Shown here piece by piece: positions 40,450 through 54,600 of a DNA stretch of 64,000 nt; position 1 is the stretch's first letter, and the number at the start of each line of letters is the position of its first letter. The DNA comes from Catajapyx aquilonaris (Eukaryota). The notes under the pieces are model-generated. The model had not been told where the DNA came from, made no database searches, and saw nothing but the letters and a program-made list of their open reading frames with translations. A program made the translations under genes and the position numbers. Location of the stretch: assembly GCA_000934665.2 (NCBI GenBank), contig JYFJ02000902.1, positions 1 through 64,000 of the forward strand. Direction: 5' to 3'.

Positions 40450-43400
40450 TTATTTACCCAGTGACCCCCTACGAGTGCCGCCGCTGTTCCTAGTATCCGC
40501 TTTCATACCCAGGGCGGACCCCTGGGCGGACCCCCGACGAGGGCTGCTGGACACTCCACCAGAGTGCCTTCGCTCTTCCCTGCTGAGTCCTTGGATCGAA
40601 CCCTGGTTGGACCCGCGACGAGACCCGCCGTTGTTCTGCTTCCTCTCTCGTTCCTCCTGTTCCCTCTTCTTCCTCTCCTTCTCCTCCTTCTCCGCCTTCC
40701 TCATCTTACCACAACGACAGCATCTGTCCAGCTTGCGAAGACCCAACTTGTTCATGCTCTTTCCACCGGAACCACGACGCTGGAAAAAAAAAAAAAACAC
40801 GCAACAAATGGTCACGTCCTGAACCACATTTCATTAGCGTATAATTAACGCGTCGTTACCTCAGTAGGCTTTGCTGTCTGGGTTGGCGGTGGTCCTTCTC
40901 CGTACGGTACCTGCTCGAACTCTCGTTGGTACACGTTGCCAGCCACGTAGAAGCCGCCGGCACGAAGATCTCGAGCAGACTTCATCACTTCTCCCTCCAT
41001 CGTGTACAGTCTGTCGCGGGGAGATAGAAGAAGAAAAAAACACATTCGTAGCAAACGTCGTTACACTAGCCGGTACAATATAAATTAAAATGATGCATGT
41101 CAAAACTCACTTGTCGCAGAAGCCTTCCCTGGTGCCGTACAGCTTGGAGTTGACCTCCTCCATGACCTTATCCAGGTTTCGAAAGTCCTTGAGCGGTATG
41201 GTGCATCGGACGGCCGGTTGGAACCGGTCTCCGTTGCGATACAGGTAGATTGGCTGCGGCTGGAGCTCCTCAACCTTCTCCATGTACACGGAGCGGACAC
41301 CAGCCAGCGACGGGTGGGATACCTTGCCCTAATTAAGTATATTATGTAATAGGGTCATATACACTGACGGTACACACTTGACATGATGACATCGAGACAC
41401 TCACCGTCTGCGAGCCTCCCATCTGCGAGAGCTTCTGCTGCAGCATCTGCTTCCTGTGTATCTCGTCCTGTATGGCCCTGTACCCTCCCTGTACCGGCCT
41501 GAACCCTTCCGCTCCGGAAGCGACGTACACCTCCCTGGGCAGCAGCGTGGCCAGAGACGACACCTCCAGTCCATCGGCCGTGTACAGATGCTGTACGGGC
41601 AGTCCCATCCGGGCTGTCAGCAAGTCCAAAAGCTGCAGGAAGTTTCGAGGCTCCTGCTTGGACAACGGTACCCGTACCCCTGGCGAGTGCTGGTCCCCGC
41701 TTCGGTGCACCTGGACCCACTTGACGTCCGTGTTGGAGGCATCCTCTTGCATCCCGGAGCCTACCTTGGACATCTGCTCGGCCTGCATGGCCGCGGAGCT
41801 TCCAGGAGGACTGGTGACCACGATGGACACCCGCTCCTGGACCTGCTGCGACTGGGTGATGGCGGACATGGCTGCAGCTTCGGCTATCTCGTCCGCGGCC
41901 TTCTCACTCATTGTTTTATCCTTCATGGCCTTCTCACTCATTGTTCTGTCCTTCATAGCCTTCTCACTCATGGCCTTGTCCTTCATAGCCTTCTCACTCA
42001 TGGCCTTGTCGGCCAACATACCGGACTTGACGACGTCGCTCAGCAAGTCGCTCAGGGCCGTACCGGACGCAGGTGCGCCTTCTTGCGTCGGTGCTGCTGT
42101 CATGCGAGCCATGGCGTACTCGGGAGGTTCCACCATGTCTGCAACACAGAGCAAGAGTTAGGACACCAACAGGAACCAAGAAAAGCCCCTGAATGCCCGT
42201 GACCCTCCACACAAGAGAGGCATATGTGTGGCCCTGAACAGCCAGGATAACAGTGTCAAAAATACAGACGTGGACAGTAGGCTACAGGGTAGCGGGCACG
42301 TGCGTATACACTGTATTTGCACTTGTGAGCATGACCTACCCTCACTGGCCAGCACAGAAGAGCCGGAGCCACCACCAGCAGCGCTGGTTTGGATATTCCT
42401 CTTCGACCTCCCGACATCTTCGTCCAAGTACCTGAATCCAAGCTGACCGTCGAACTCTCCTTCGCTCTCGCCTTTCTGTAGGAGCATACAAGTTTACTAT
42501 AGAGATGACGACACTCTTACTTGAGAATAACATTTGGAAGCAGCAGTTGCAGTGTATGTCGGGATGAACACTACCGTACCTGCTGATCTTGACCAAGCCC
42601 TCTCTCGCGTTGGTCTGAGTCGGCCATGTCCTGCTTCAGTCTCTCGGCCGATTGCGCCGACATCCGTATGTCAGCCGACATCCACTTCTGTCCGTCGGAC
42701 GATTGTTGATTCAGCCTCTGGCCCGTATCCTGGCCACTCAGCCTCTGGCCCGTATCCTGGCCACTCAGCCTACTCTGGCCCGGATCCTGGCCACTCAGCC
42801 TCTCGGCCAATTCCTGTCGCTTCAGACGCTCGGCCGAATCCTGCCCCTTGAGCCTATCAGCCGAATCCTGCCCCTTCAGTCTATCGGACGAATCTTGCCC
42901 CTTGAGCCTATCAGCCGAATCCTGCCCCTTCAGTCTATCGGCTGAATCCTGCTTCAGTTTGTTGGCCTGTAGTTCCAGCGTCCGTTTATCGACCGCCGAC
43001 TCCAGTTCAGTGGACAGCAGCAGTCTCTGCTGAGGGGACTCCTGCTGGGCGGCCTCATCGACCCTTGCCCTTTCCAGGGAAGGAAGAGGACCCGTGTCCT
43101 GGTAGCCCGTACGCTGCTCCGAAGGGATCTTGACCACCCCTCGGGTGGACTCGTGCTGCTGGAGGAGTCTGGCGGTCCTGCTGGACTGTGCCGAAGCCAC
43201 GTTTGCGACAGTGGGCATCTGCGACGGAGGGAGGATGACCGAGGAGGTGATGACGGACTCGCTGGTCCTCTTGCTGCTGCTCCGAAGAGGTTGTTGCGAC
43301 GCAGCAGCAGCAGCAGGCCTCTGCTGTCCCTCTGCTGCGTTTGAAGAATATCCGACCCGGACGAACTCCGCCTCGTGCGTCTCCATCTTCAGCACCTCCG

Positions 43401-43506
43401 GGATCGGGCTCATCCCCGCCGTCTTGGTCGTCGGGTCCCATGTCAGGCCAGCCCCGCTCACCAGGATGGTCGTGTAAGCCGGGGCGCGCTCCAGACGGCC
43501 CTCCAT
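40450..43506 (-). CDS. Doublecortin-domain protein (two DCX domains, 9- and 10-aa tandem repeats, charged C-terminal helix); start codon tentative
   Basis: Phase-consistent exons ~43506-42580, 42475-42340, 42138-41405, 41328-41111, 41010-40860, 40779-40450. DCX1 KWVQVHRSGD...VYVASGAEGF; DCX2 IYLYRNGDRF...CDK|LYTMEG...FYVAG; repeats DSADRLKGQ and KAMSEKAMKD. Confidence 0.75.
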
Positions 43507-44924
43507 CTTGGAGGAAGGTACCGCGACACGGCACACCCTCTCTCCCACCTGCCGTCGCGTCGTCGCCTGGATACGTACGACCCGGGGGGGAAAATAATAT
43601 GGACATTGTTGGGCACAACAAAAGTCAAGGGGGGGAAATGCTGCTCATTGTTGCCAGCAACTAACTATAATAACAAGAATGGAGTTCCATGCTCCAACAA
43701 CACGAAAGTATATGTATAACAAGACCATGACATATACCGCATACGTGCAGGAAAATGACTTGGTAACAAATCTCAGAATCATACCAAACCATAGTTTATT
43801 TTCCCTATTCACCTAATGGTAGTGTACAACAATCAAAATGAACACATTACCAACAATATTATTAGGGATATCATTTGAACAAAAATCACATGAATCGTGG
43901 GAGTGACAACCAAAAAAACAACACACTTGAGCACAGATAGCAACAAACAGCTACAAATTAGTCAGTCAAACCACTACTTATTTAATTCTTTAAAAAAATA
44001 TATGACTGACTCACCATGTAGGCAATTAAAAAAAAACAACATCTGACCCATTTAGAATGGTCACATCCCACAAAAGAATTAGTTTGAACACATTTTATAA
44101 CTCAGAAACAATGGAATGCAGAAAACAACAAATAATGTGCAACTTCAAACCATCTTTGTGCCCCTCAGAATAAGCAAGCAAAAGCAAGCTCTATTCCTAC
44201 CTCGCAAGATACAAAACAATTAAATGAAAGCAAAGAATTAACAACACCAAATCTCTGACCTTCAAACGTAACACATTTTATAACTTGCCTGTAACTTTTT
44301 TAGAAACTAAAATATAAATATATGCTCCATGTCACAAATTCTTGGAGGCACTTGAAACAACAAATTGAAAAGCTTCAATGTATAACAGACTGGACAAAAT
44401 GAAGCCAAGCTCGACTTCTTGGAGGAAATGAAAAACACTATAGATACATCAACCGGCCTGTTAATCCTGGATGATTATCTGGACGCAGGATAACATGACA
44501 AAAGAAAGCAAACCTGACAGGTAGCAATGAAGGGTGTCTTCATTGCTACCTGCCAGGTAAATAAGGAAAAATCTGCCGTCCTTTTTACATGGCTTCCAAA
44601 AGAGACTATGAACACTATGAGCAGATGACAACCACATAAACAAAAATCATGGAACACTTTGCTACAATCTCCTATATACATACAAAGGGGCTAACAAACA
44701 CTTCTAGTTCCCCTTGATGGTCACAAATGAACGACTAGAAAAGTATGTGGTGGATGGTCAGTAAGTCCCGCTTTTGAGTCACAAGGTGAGATTCCCTGGA
44801 CTATTCTATGACTGAAGTACTCCTGCATTATTTTGACCTCAAATTAAAAAGTACTGTAGCTCTAGGTGAAGCAAGAGTTACTGACCACCCCTTATAGTCT
44901 CTTGAGCTTCCAAATTGAACAAAA

Positions 44925-45544
44925 TCAATGCATGTGTTGAATGTGTTTAAGTAGGCCTTCAATGACATCATCAGGTGTTGCATTGCGCTGATCCCTCTGC
45001 CACATGTTGACAATCATCCTTTGGTTCTCCTTAAGAAGACTTTGAAATGCCTCTTTCTGTGATGCCCTTGCTTCCTGTTCCAGCCTCCCCCGAATCTCGT
45101 ACTCGCTGCGGCGCCCTTGCATTTGTGCCTCCCGAACCTCAGTCAGCCTCTGCCAAATACCTAGTGTATCATTAAGCTTACCCTTTGCTTCTTCAATCGA
45201 CTTTCTCGTATCAGGCAGCTTATTTTGCAATTCGGTATTTAACTTTTCCTCTATTACATCCAGTGTGGATGGATAAATCTTGACCGGGATGAGGCTTTGA
45301 GGGCGTGGCATATTTCTAATGAACTTTTCGACCAGGTTCTCTGTCAACTGGTTCATATGCCTATAAACCAGCTCAGAATGGCAATCCAATGCTTTTTCCA
45401 GCATGGCCTTTTTCTGCGAGAGGCTCAACTTAAAGTACCACTCTTGATGAGCGCTGTCCTCCACTGCAATGGAAGATAATAATTCCTCAATAAACATCTT
45501 AAGATTTCACATGCAGGAAGTTATGCTCCAAAAAGCTGTAACAC

Positions 45545-45628
<84 letters not shown>

Positions 45629-48600
45629 TCCCTTACTCTCTTGCATCCTGCTGCAAAGAAATAACCACTTGTTCAAAGTGACGAACTTTTTGCTTCTTCT
45701 CGAGGACAGAATCGTGGCAGACAACTAAGTTTACTTTTTTGCCATGACATGCAGGGCAACTCCGCAGGTGACATTTTTGGCCTTTTGGCCGGTGGCAAGC
45801 AAAGGTGGATATTTGATGGAAATTGGCTCAATGGCAGGCAGGAACATAGGGAATGTCCAAGAGGTAAAGGAGAGGCAGTGAGAGTGGTCCATACTGACTC
45901 ACAAAATTTCACACCATAGTTTGAAAAATTGTTTAACCAACAGGGAGTTTGTATGCAGTTGTAACTAAGAGTAAGCATCACCATGTGGCTAGGTTGAATT
46001 TTGTTGGATTTGTTTAAAAATTGGAAGCCAACTAATATTTACTTTAGGAACGCAATAATACATTAAATAAGGAGCTGAACACATGTAAAGTGCTATCACT
46101 ATAGCATGGGATACCCACACCAAAATGAGGCCATATCATGTCTGGAAGAAGTCATCATGAGAAACAATGTGAGACGTTACACCATCACATAAACGAATAT
46201 GGCATATGATATGCCAGATAGTGCCACTGAAGGCAGACTGATGTCTGATGGCCAAGGTCACTCTACCTTCTGCAGTGCAAACCTGGCCTTAGACTTGGTT
46301 CCTGCGAATTGTCAACATTCAACCTTCCCACATACAGGAATACCTCCTATAATTTGGCAGATTGAGTTCCCAATCAAAAACAAAGCATCCGCTTCTTTCA
46401 CTTTTTAGTGCTTATAAAAGCCTGACATGTTTATAACATCTTATAATTATATTATGTGCATAATAGCACTATGTCAAAAATGTAAAAATAATGTATTAAT
46501 TAATCCGGTCAGCTGATATGCGCATGTGCACCAAGAGTAATCAAAATGAATTCAAGGCACCCTATTTGTGAAACCCCCACAGTGAGGTATTCCTGTAAAA
46601 ACACTTTCAAACCACTGGCATGCCATTTCTTACATGCACTGGTGTCCTCTGGCGGGGAAGTGATGGTCGCAGTTGATGCTCCCAACTGGCTCTGAGGCAG
46701 TCTTTCTGAGCTGGAAATGTCTTCCTCGTTGCTGTTCGAGAGAGAGCTGATGATCCCTTCCACCGCAGAGGAGATGTTCTCATTTGTTCCAAGTGAAGAA
46801 TAGCTGAATGCTTTCTCAGGCCCAGAGGTGACAGTGGGTAAAGATGTAAGGGTGACAACAACAGGGGAAGTATGCTGCTCCATCTCTGCTTCAAATTGCT
46901 GCCCCTTCTTTCCGTCCCTTGTGTCAGTCTGGATGCTGGAAGGGATAATCACTTCTGGGGATGACTGCGTCCTTGCTCCTTGGCTGGTGGAAGCATCAGT
47001 GTGTTGCTGCATGGGTATGAGATCTACTGCCGCAGAGGCTGGCAGCATGGGTATGGGATCTGTTGCCGCAGAGGCTGGCAGCATGGGTATGGGATCTGTT
47101 GCCACAAAGGCTGGCAGCATGGGTATGGGATCTGTTGCCGCAGAGGCTGGCAGCAAGGGTGTTGATTCATCTGTCAGGTCTATCAATTCAATGCCATCAT
47201 CTTCCTTTGAAGGTTCCAAGATTCGCCTCGATCGTAATCTCCTCTTTCTCGGCCTCTCTATTTGCTCAACTGTATTGCATCCTTGCTTTTGAGTCCCCTG
47301 ATGCTGCCTGTCCGTAGCAGATGTGAAGGAGTCCACTTTCTCATCAGAAGTTCTTTTCTCACACTGCAAATTATGGTAGAGTTTAATTACATTTCATATG
47401 CCATGAGAAAGTAAGAAGTGCTACAGAATGATAAGAAGGTAAAATATTTCCAGATGCTCCAGATATGGCAATATGAAGACAATTCTGCAAAATGCCGCAC
47501 CTGTAGAGGTTCTGCCTGACTCAGCTGAGATGCCTCCAAGCCTTGCGCAGAAGGACTGGTGGTGCCTTTCCCCTCATCCTGGCTGGGAAGAGGCAATGAT
47601 GTTATGGACACAGGACTGTCTTGTTCTTTCTGCTGAGTTGGCGAATGGAGCAGCTCTGCAATAATATCAACAGGTCAGAAGAATAAAGTCCCAATGGCTA
47701 CTTAATGTCAGTAGTTATTGCAAATTGATTCAATGACCCCCAGTCAGTATTTCATCATGTCATTGCAGTACCCATCACTACACTTGCATGCAACACAAAT
47801 GTAAACAATTGGGAGGTGCGGTGGCCGAGATGGTAACATCTCGGCTTGCTGAGTGAAGGGTCCCAGGCTCGATCCCTGGGAGTTCCCTTTCACCTGAGGG
47901 TCTCTGACACGTGCCTTGGAGGTGTATGGCAACCTAACCTCCTGGGGAACAGCACCCCTTTTCCGACATTGCACTTGTACCTATGTTCCCTCCCCAAAAA
48001 TCCCCATCTTTACCCTATGTCCTTGATTCCTTGCACTGGAGAGTGAAAAAAACTACACACACTAAAAAACTGATGGTGGTGTGCCACCCCCCTATAAGGG
48101 CTTAGAGCTCTATCATGGGGCTGTAAAAAATGTAAACAATTTTTTTCATTATTGCGAAATTGCAGCGTATTTCATGTCGAGCAATCTGCCATAACTCTGA
48201 CCACAATTTGTAACTGAATGCAATCGTCACAGGCACATGCTGTGGCTGGCGATATATGGAAGGTCTTCAGGATGTTTCAATATTAAACACTGGCTTAATG
48301 GAGATCTTTTCTGCATTCTCAGTTCAAAATCCATGACCCATAATCTGGTGCCCTGCATTTTTGTTTAAATAAATCATGGACAAACCTTGTGGACAGCTGG
48401 AGTAAGCAAAAGTGACACTATCACAAGCCAAAAATGTGCCAACTGTGACTTCTTGCAAATTCAAGGGCATTTTATCAAAACCTCTGCTGCCTATGGAGAG
48501 TTGGGTGTAGGATATGTGGTTCCCAACAATATCAAACTCCCCTTTCACTACTGACCTTGTGAGGGTTTCTTCTTAGTTTGACCCGCAGTCCTTGACTTTG

Positions 48601-51600
48601 CTTGGTCTGCCTCAGACTCCTTCACCACGGGTCCAGGCTTGGGCTGCTTATGGAAAATCAGCTTATCTGCATTGTCACTTTGTTTCACTCCCCAATGAAA
48701 CTGCTCGGCAATCCCTTCATTAGCAGCTGCAGCTGTGTTGGCTGCTTCTTCCACTGGAGAATCACTTTTTGCTCGATCGGCCTGCTGTTGTTGGGCATTA
48801 TCATCAGTGGCCTTCTCACACAGGGTGGTCAACTTCCTTGGGCGACCTCTCCTCTTTTCCACAACTGGATCAAGTTCCTGCATCTCTTCCTCAAGGTCAC
48901 CTTGGCTCTGAGTTGTTTGTAGGTCACTAGCCATTATCTCAGGTGTCAGGTTCTTTTTTTTGGGATGTGTCTTGGTGACAGTGAGCTTTCGGTTACCCCT
49001 CTTGGGCTTTAGATACCTTTTCCTCCTAGGCTTTGAGGCCCTTGGTTTCTGAACACTTGCGTTCTCCTTGTCTTCATTGACATTCAGATCATCACTGAAA
49101 GTGTAGCTTTTTCCAACAGCCTCAGCCATGGTCAGTAGCTTCTTCTTACTGGGTGCAGATACTGGCTCCCATCCACCCCATTTCTGCCCTGGAACCGGAT
49201 ATGTTGGGCTGCTACTCTTCTCTGTAGATGTCTCATTTTTCTCAGTCCCACTGGCAAGGTTTTGGCTTGTATTTTGGCTTGCATGAGCAGTTGGACTGGC
49301 ATTTGAATTGCTGCTCACCTTGTTGTCAAGGCTGCTCTTTGGACTCACTCTTGGAGAGCAGCATTCCGCAACAATAGGAGAGGTGCTTCTCATGTCAGGA
49401 GTACCATTGGCCACGTCCTGGAACAGCATGGCAGTAGGATCCCTTCCACGTACTGATCTCTCGCTTGCACTGCTAGTCACTCTGCGTCCTGCATTGCGGT
49501 TTTCCTCGGATGCAACGTATGCATGATCCTTATGTACATTTCTTATAACCTGATCAGTTGACACAACATCAACTGAATTGTGATCCTCGACTGATTGCTC
49601 AGTTTTCCTCCTCTTGTTCAGGTCCATTTTCATCCCTTCCTGTCTTGCTCTCTTTCTTTTGCTACTACCCTCCTCAATTTCTTCCTCAGCATCACTGATG
49701 TCTGAGTAATGTGTTTCAGGATGCTGAAGAGGTCTGGGACCTGCAACATTTGGCAATGCCTGGTCCATTGTCTCCTGTGATAGTGGCATAACATATGGCA
49801 TCCTGAAGGTTGAGGGATCCAGGCTGGCCTTGGGTTGCTTGGGATGTACTAACAACTCTTCAGAGGCACACTGGCTTGATGGTACACTTGGTCGGTGGTA
49901 TGGATGAAAACCCACTGGATTATGGTGTGGTAGAAAGTAAGGCATTGGCCTGTGGACTGGCAACTTCTTCTTCCAATATGGGTCAGATGGTGGAAACAGA
50001 TTTCCAAGGCTGGTGGCCTGCAACATGTTATGCTATTAATTTTAAAAAGTCATAATATATTATAGCTCTGTCAAGAATAGCAATGGAATCACAAAGTAAA
50101 TAGAGCCCTTTCAGTGAAAGAATGCCATGATATCACATATCATATCACTGCACACTATTTTTTGCCGGACGGGAGGATCTGAAGGGGATGACTATATCTC
50201 TCTAACAATGAATGACCCCCCCACCCACAATTCCCATCAGAATGATGAGTCACCATGCAACCTGAAAGTCCCAAATGTACCATGATGTCACAGATCCTCT
50301 CTCGCACTGAAATTAGTAGGCAGTAGTGACTTTTCGTGTGACAAGATTGTAGAACTTGTTTGTCCCCCATTGATTTAAATTCACCTGATATTAAATTAAT
50401 AATGAAATCCTTATGTTGTATAACATGTTATTTTTTAATTCAGTGTAGTACATTGAGATCAATGTAAAATGGCTGTTACTCTGCTACAATGATCTTATGT
50501 GGCAGAATATAGCAATCTTATGACATCCACTAGCACATTGCGCACATCGAGCAGAGACATCAGTCCAATCCATCTTTTTGCTTGTGATTGTACATCACAA
50601 AATTTGCTTATATGAAGTAGGCAATGGAGCAGTAACTAAAAATAATCATTTTCAGGTTTTCCGATGTCTGTTACAAAGTGTACTACAAAATTTTCAAGGC
50701 TGAAATGTAGGTGCCAATGGCTTTCAACTCCAACCTCAATGGATAATTAACATCACGGCCAAAACTGCATACTAACAGCAGTCATGACAGATCATTACAC
50801 ACAAGCCACTACTTCCACATGGAGGATTTACTGAATTACTTAATGTACAGTAATTATACTGAAGGTGTTCTTGCCATCAAAAAAATCACATAATGTGGAG
50901 GTTCTCACAGCAGTGATGAAAAACATCCTCAAGTACTGTAGGTAAAAGACTCACCCCATGGGAAGAATACTCTGAGGCTGTGGTGTAGCCGTCCTGTGAA
51001 CATCTGTCCATTTCCGATACTGAGACACTCTCCTGAGAATACTGATCACTCACTGGCATTGCATTCACTGACACACTATTTTCATAGTTCCCAACAAAAC
51101 TAGCTAGTGCCTTCTGAAGGTGTTCATAAGCAGTGCTAATGCCAATGGAAAGCAGGTCCAAATGTATGGTCAGGGAGTTTCCCTGTGGGCAGGAGCCAAG
51201 GAATGGAAGCAAAGTGTGATCCAGAAGGTGTGCAACATTGCACTTCACCTGCAAAAAGTAGGTTAAATAGAATGTGAAGACAAAATTAATTCACTCATTC
51301 ATAGTGTTTGCCTAACTAAAGTCTGATTAGTTTTCTAGAATTTTTGAAGCATACATGCCAGTCATAAAATGAACCAGAAAAATTTGATACCCTAGTTGGA
51401 AAAGTATGTAATACTTTGGAATAAATACTTTTAGACTACTCAGTTACTGTGCAGAGAATGCAGAGTTTCTATCTTTAGCTGTTCAAGGCAGATCATATTT
51501 ATTGGTAGAATGTCCTTAGCATGTTATCAATGCCACCATTACCATCAATTAAGACATGCATCACAAATGCTACAATGGCAGCTCGAAGACATACAATTAC

Positions 51601-54600
51601 AATGGCAGCTAGAAGTCAATTCCCATGGCAAAACTTTAGTGTTTCTCCACAAAGCCAAAATGTTTCTATAGTACCAGATGACAAACGTTCGTTTGATGTC
51701 ATGGTAGGGTGAGCTAACTCTCTAAATATTCATTGCCATTAAAAAATGATGACCAACCTCCACTGAGATGTACAGGTGAGGATTGTCTGAAGACAATTTC
51801 CCACACATCCACAGCTTTTTTACTCGATCTGCGCCCATAATGAACCCCGGGGTCAACCCTCTTCCTTCTCCTCCACTCTCGGCTGCTAGATTTTGGCTGG
51901 GGGTCATTGCAGCATCTGCAGCCAGGTTTCTGCATGCTATGGTCAAGGTCCGCATCTCCAAATTTATGTCCATGTACCAAGGGATGTTTGCATCATCATG
52001 TGGGCGTTCCAAATCGTAGGTACCCACTCTAGCCAAGCAGATTGCAAGTGAATGCACAGTCCGTCTGGCATAGTCCTATAAAAAAAAAGTTTACCACATC
52101 AGTAGGTGAGAAAGAAAATAACTCAGCAATTATTTCAAGCACACTGTAGCACTTGAAGGAGAGATCTGTTTTGTAAAAGTCATGATTTCAGAAAGCAGAG
52201 AAGCATAATTGCAAACTTTCATGTGATGGTCATAAACTTTCACACTGGAATCATGATGATTGTGATTATTTATGCAAAACAGAAGCATGCTACAGCGTTT
52301 GCATTTATGGGAGCTGTAGGAGGAGAATGGGTGACCTTGTAACAGATAATATTTTAAGGTAAATTGTCTCCAGTAGACCAGGGGTGGAATTTTCGTCCCA
52401 CTGATAGCCACTGCTAACTTAGCAGTACCAGTGTTGGCAATGGTACTGATAAGTTAGCAGTGACTATCAGTGAGACGAAAATTCCACCCCAGGTTTTATC
52501 GGTCAAAATTATCAAATCATTATTTATTACAGCTGTTATTCTAATTACAGCTGTTGTTAATTTAATGCTTCTTTCAGTGCTTGACATTTTTACAAACAAG
52601 AGAAAATCCCATTCGTTATTGAGCTAATGTCAGGACATACTTTCAGCCCATTGAGGTGGTTCAAAAAGATTCGGCAATCATGACCAAGGCAGATAGACTC
52701 TTGAGGGAATATCTTGCACAAATCCATGGCATTTGGAAACCATCTCTTCAAACATTCAGGAATCTCGTTCTGCCGTTCACATTCAGGCACAGCATAAACT
52801 AAGAAGCGCAGCGCTGTCTCTTGGAATTCGAAGTCTCCCAGCTGTGGCAGGCAGGCGGCCACTTCACACCTGGAATGGAAATGCGAGTTATAAATATTAG
52901 AACATTTCAATTGCTTAAATCTCAACTTACTGCTATTTGCTTTTAAAAAAATCTCATCTGACCACAGTATAATAAAAACTTGCTTAATTATTGCATAGCT
53001 CATTTTCCAGGTACTTGACAGTTATCCAGATGTGTCAATTAATTTGAACAACTGTTCAGTAGTTATATTTCAATCTTCACACCTTTGTATGGTACTCCAA
53101 GTCTGCCACCACCCTTTGATCTACATTTCCCCTTGAAAAATTGGAAAAATTAATACTACTTTTGCATTAATTTTCAATCCAGCTTACATTTGACAGTATA
53201 TGTTGCAAATGGTGAAATAGGTGATTATTATCTGCTATGAAAATATATACAGTATCTTTACAGTGAAATTAATGAGAAATTTGGAACTTCTTACTCAATA
53301 AAATTACTCCCTATGCTGGGATCACAAGTTCTTGAGAAATAATGTTCAGGCAAGAATTTAATTTGGTAGAAAAAAATTAATTCTTGCAGACAAAATCACA
53401 ATTAAATTTTTAAAAACCTCTCAGCCTCTTCAGTTTTTGTAGCTTTTTTGGGGGGGGACCCAAGAAAGCAGAGGGGGATGTTAGAAATGGTAATAATAAA
53501 TATATTGCAGCCCAAGATTTTCTTGCAAACATGGGTTCTCATAGGTTTTCAAACCCACCTTTAATACAACATGAGTAATGTACACTGTAATGCACTATAA
53601 GGACACAATTAATCCGCGGGCTCCAAGATTAAAAGGGGGAATAGAGTCAGCACCACCCAAGACGCAGGGGCCTAGTACTACGGTATGTTAACACACTATG
53701 AAAAACTGAATATCTTACAACTTGTTGGAGAGGTGCTTGTTGATGTGCACTGCAGCATACGGCTTCAGTATAATTATGAGCCCATGGAGGAGCATCATAG
53801 CAGACTTGCGACCCTTTGGGAGTATCCTGTGATCTACAACCACGTTGAGTAGATCTTTCCAAATTTCTGCTGTAGCATTAGTTAACATCTCTGTATCCCC
53901 ACTGAGTTGGTACACCATGATGAACATCCTGTGGTACTCCTTCCACAGAGGCTCCACATCTTCAAGGGGGTACGTGCAATTGTACAAGATCTTAATAGTC
54001 CAGCTGAGAAGGCTACCAGCGATCTTGAGCAAATGTGGTACTGAATGTTCGGTTAGCAGGGAATCTTTCTGAGCACGATCAAGGTAGCAGCAGACATCCA
54101 CCGCTTCCTTTGGGGTCAGATGGTTAATCTGAAAGATGATGCAATAGCAAGCATATGAAGGTAACAAGAAGTGATACAATCATGATGCAAAGGCCTGAAA
54201 ATATTTCACACACAAATGCAAAGAATGCCACATGAACCAAGCACACCTTTCACCATGTCTGATTTTCACCAAAACCAGTATTTTGTAGCACCAAGGCCAA
54301 GGCAGGTGTGTAAGCATATTAGAATCAGTATTAAAACTGCAGGGTGATTCTCCCGAATTGAAACCCAAACATTCCTCAATAACTTTTTAACTATGGTATG
54401 GTTCCAAATGAAAATGGACATGTACTTACCTTGTATCATGCCAAACAAGGTCTGACTAAAGAATATATACCAAAAGTGGTCCCCTCTAGCATCCAAGAAT
54501 TTTTAAATGAGAGTCTGCATATTGCTGAAGACTCCTGCAGATTGGCGGCGGGAATGGCTCAATCTCCGCCCGCCCGCCTGCTCCGTTGCCTTGAGATGCC

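Noticed and set aside
45463..45510. TAAGATG stop-start before the 190-aa coiled-coil ORF, suggesting a separate SYCP3-like cistron
   Set aside because: A good acceptor (ttatcttccattgcag, exon start 45463) is in phase with the strong donor at 46634, so the ORF is simply the last SYCP2-like exon.
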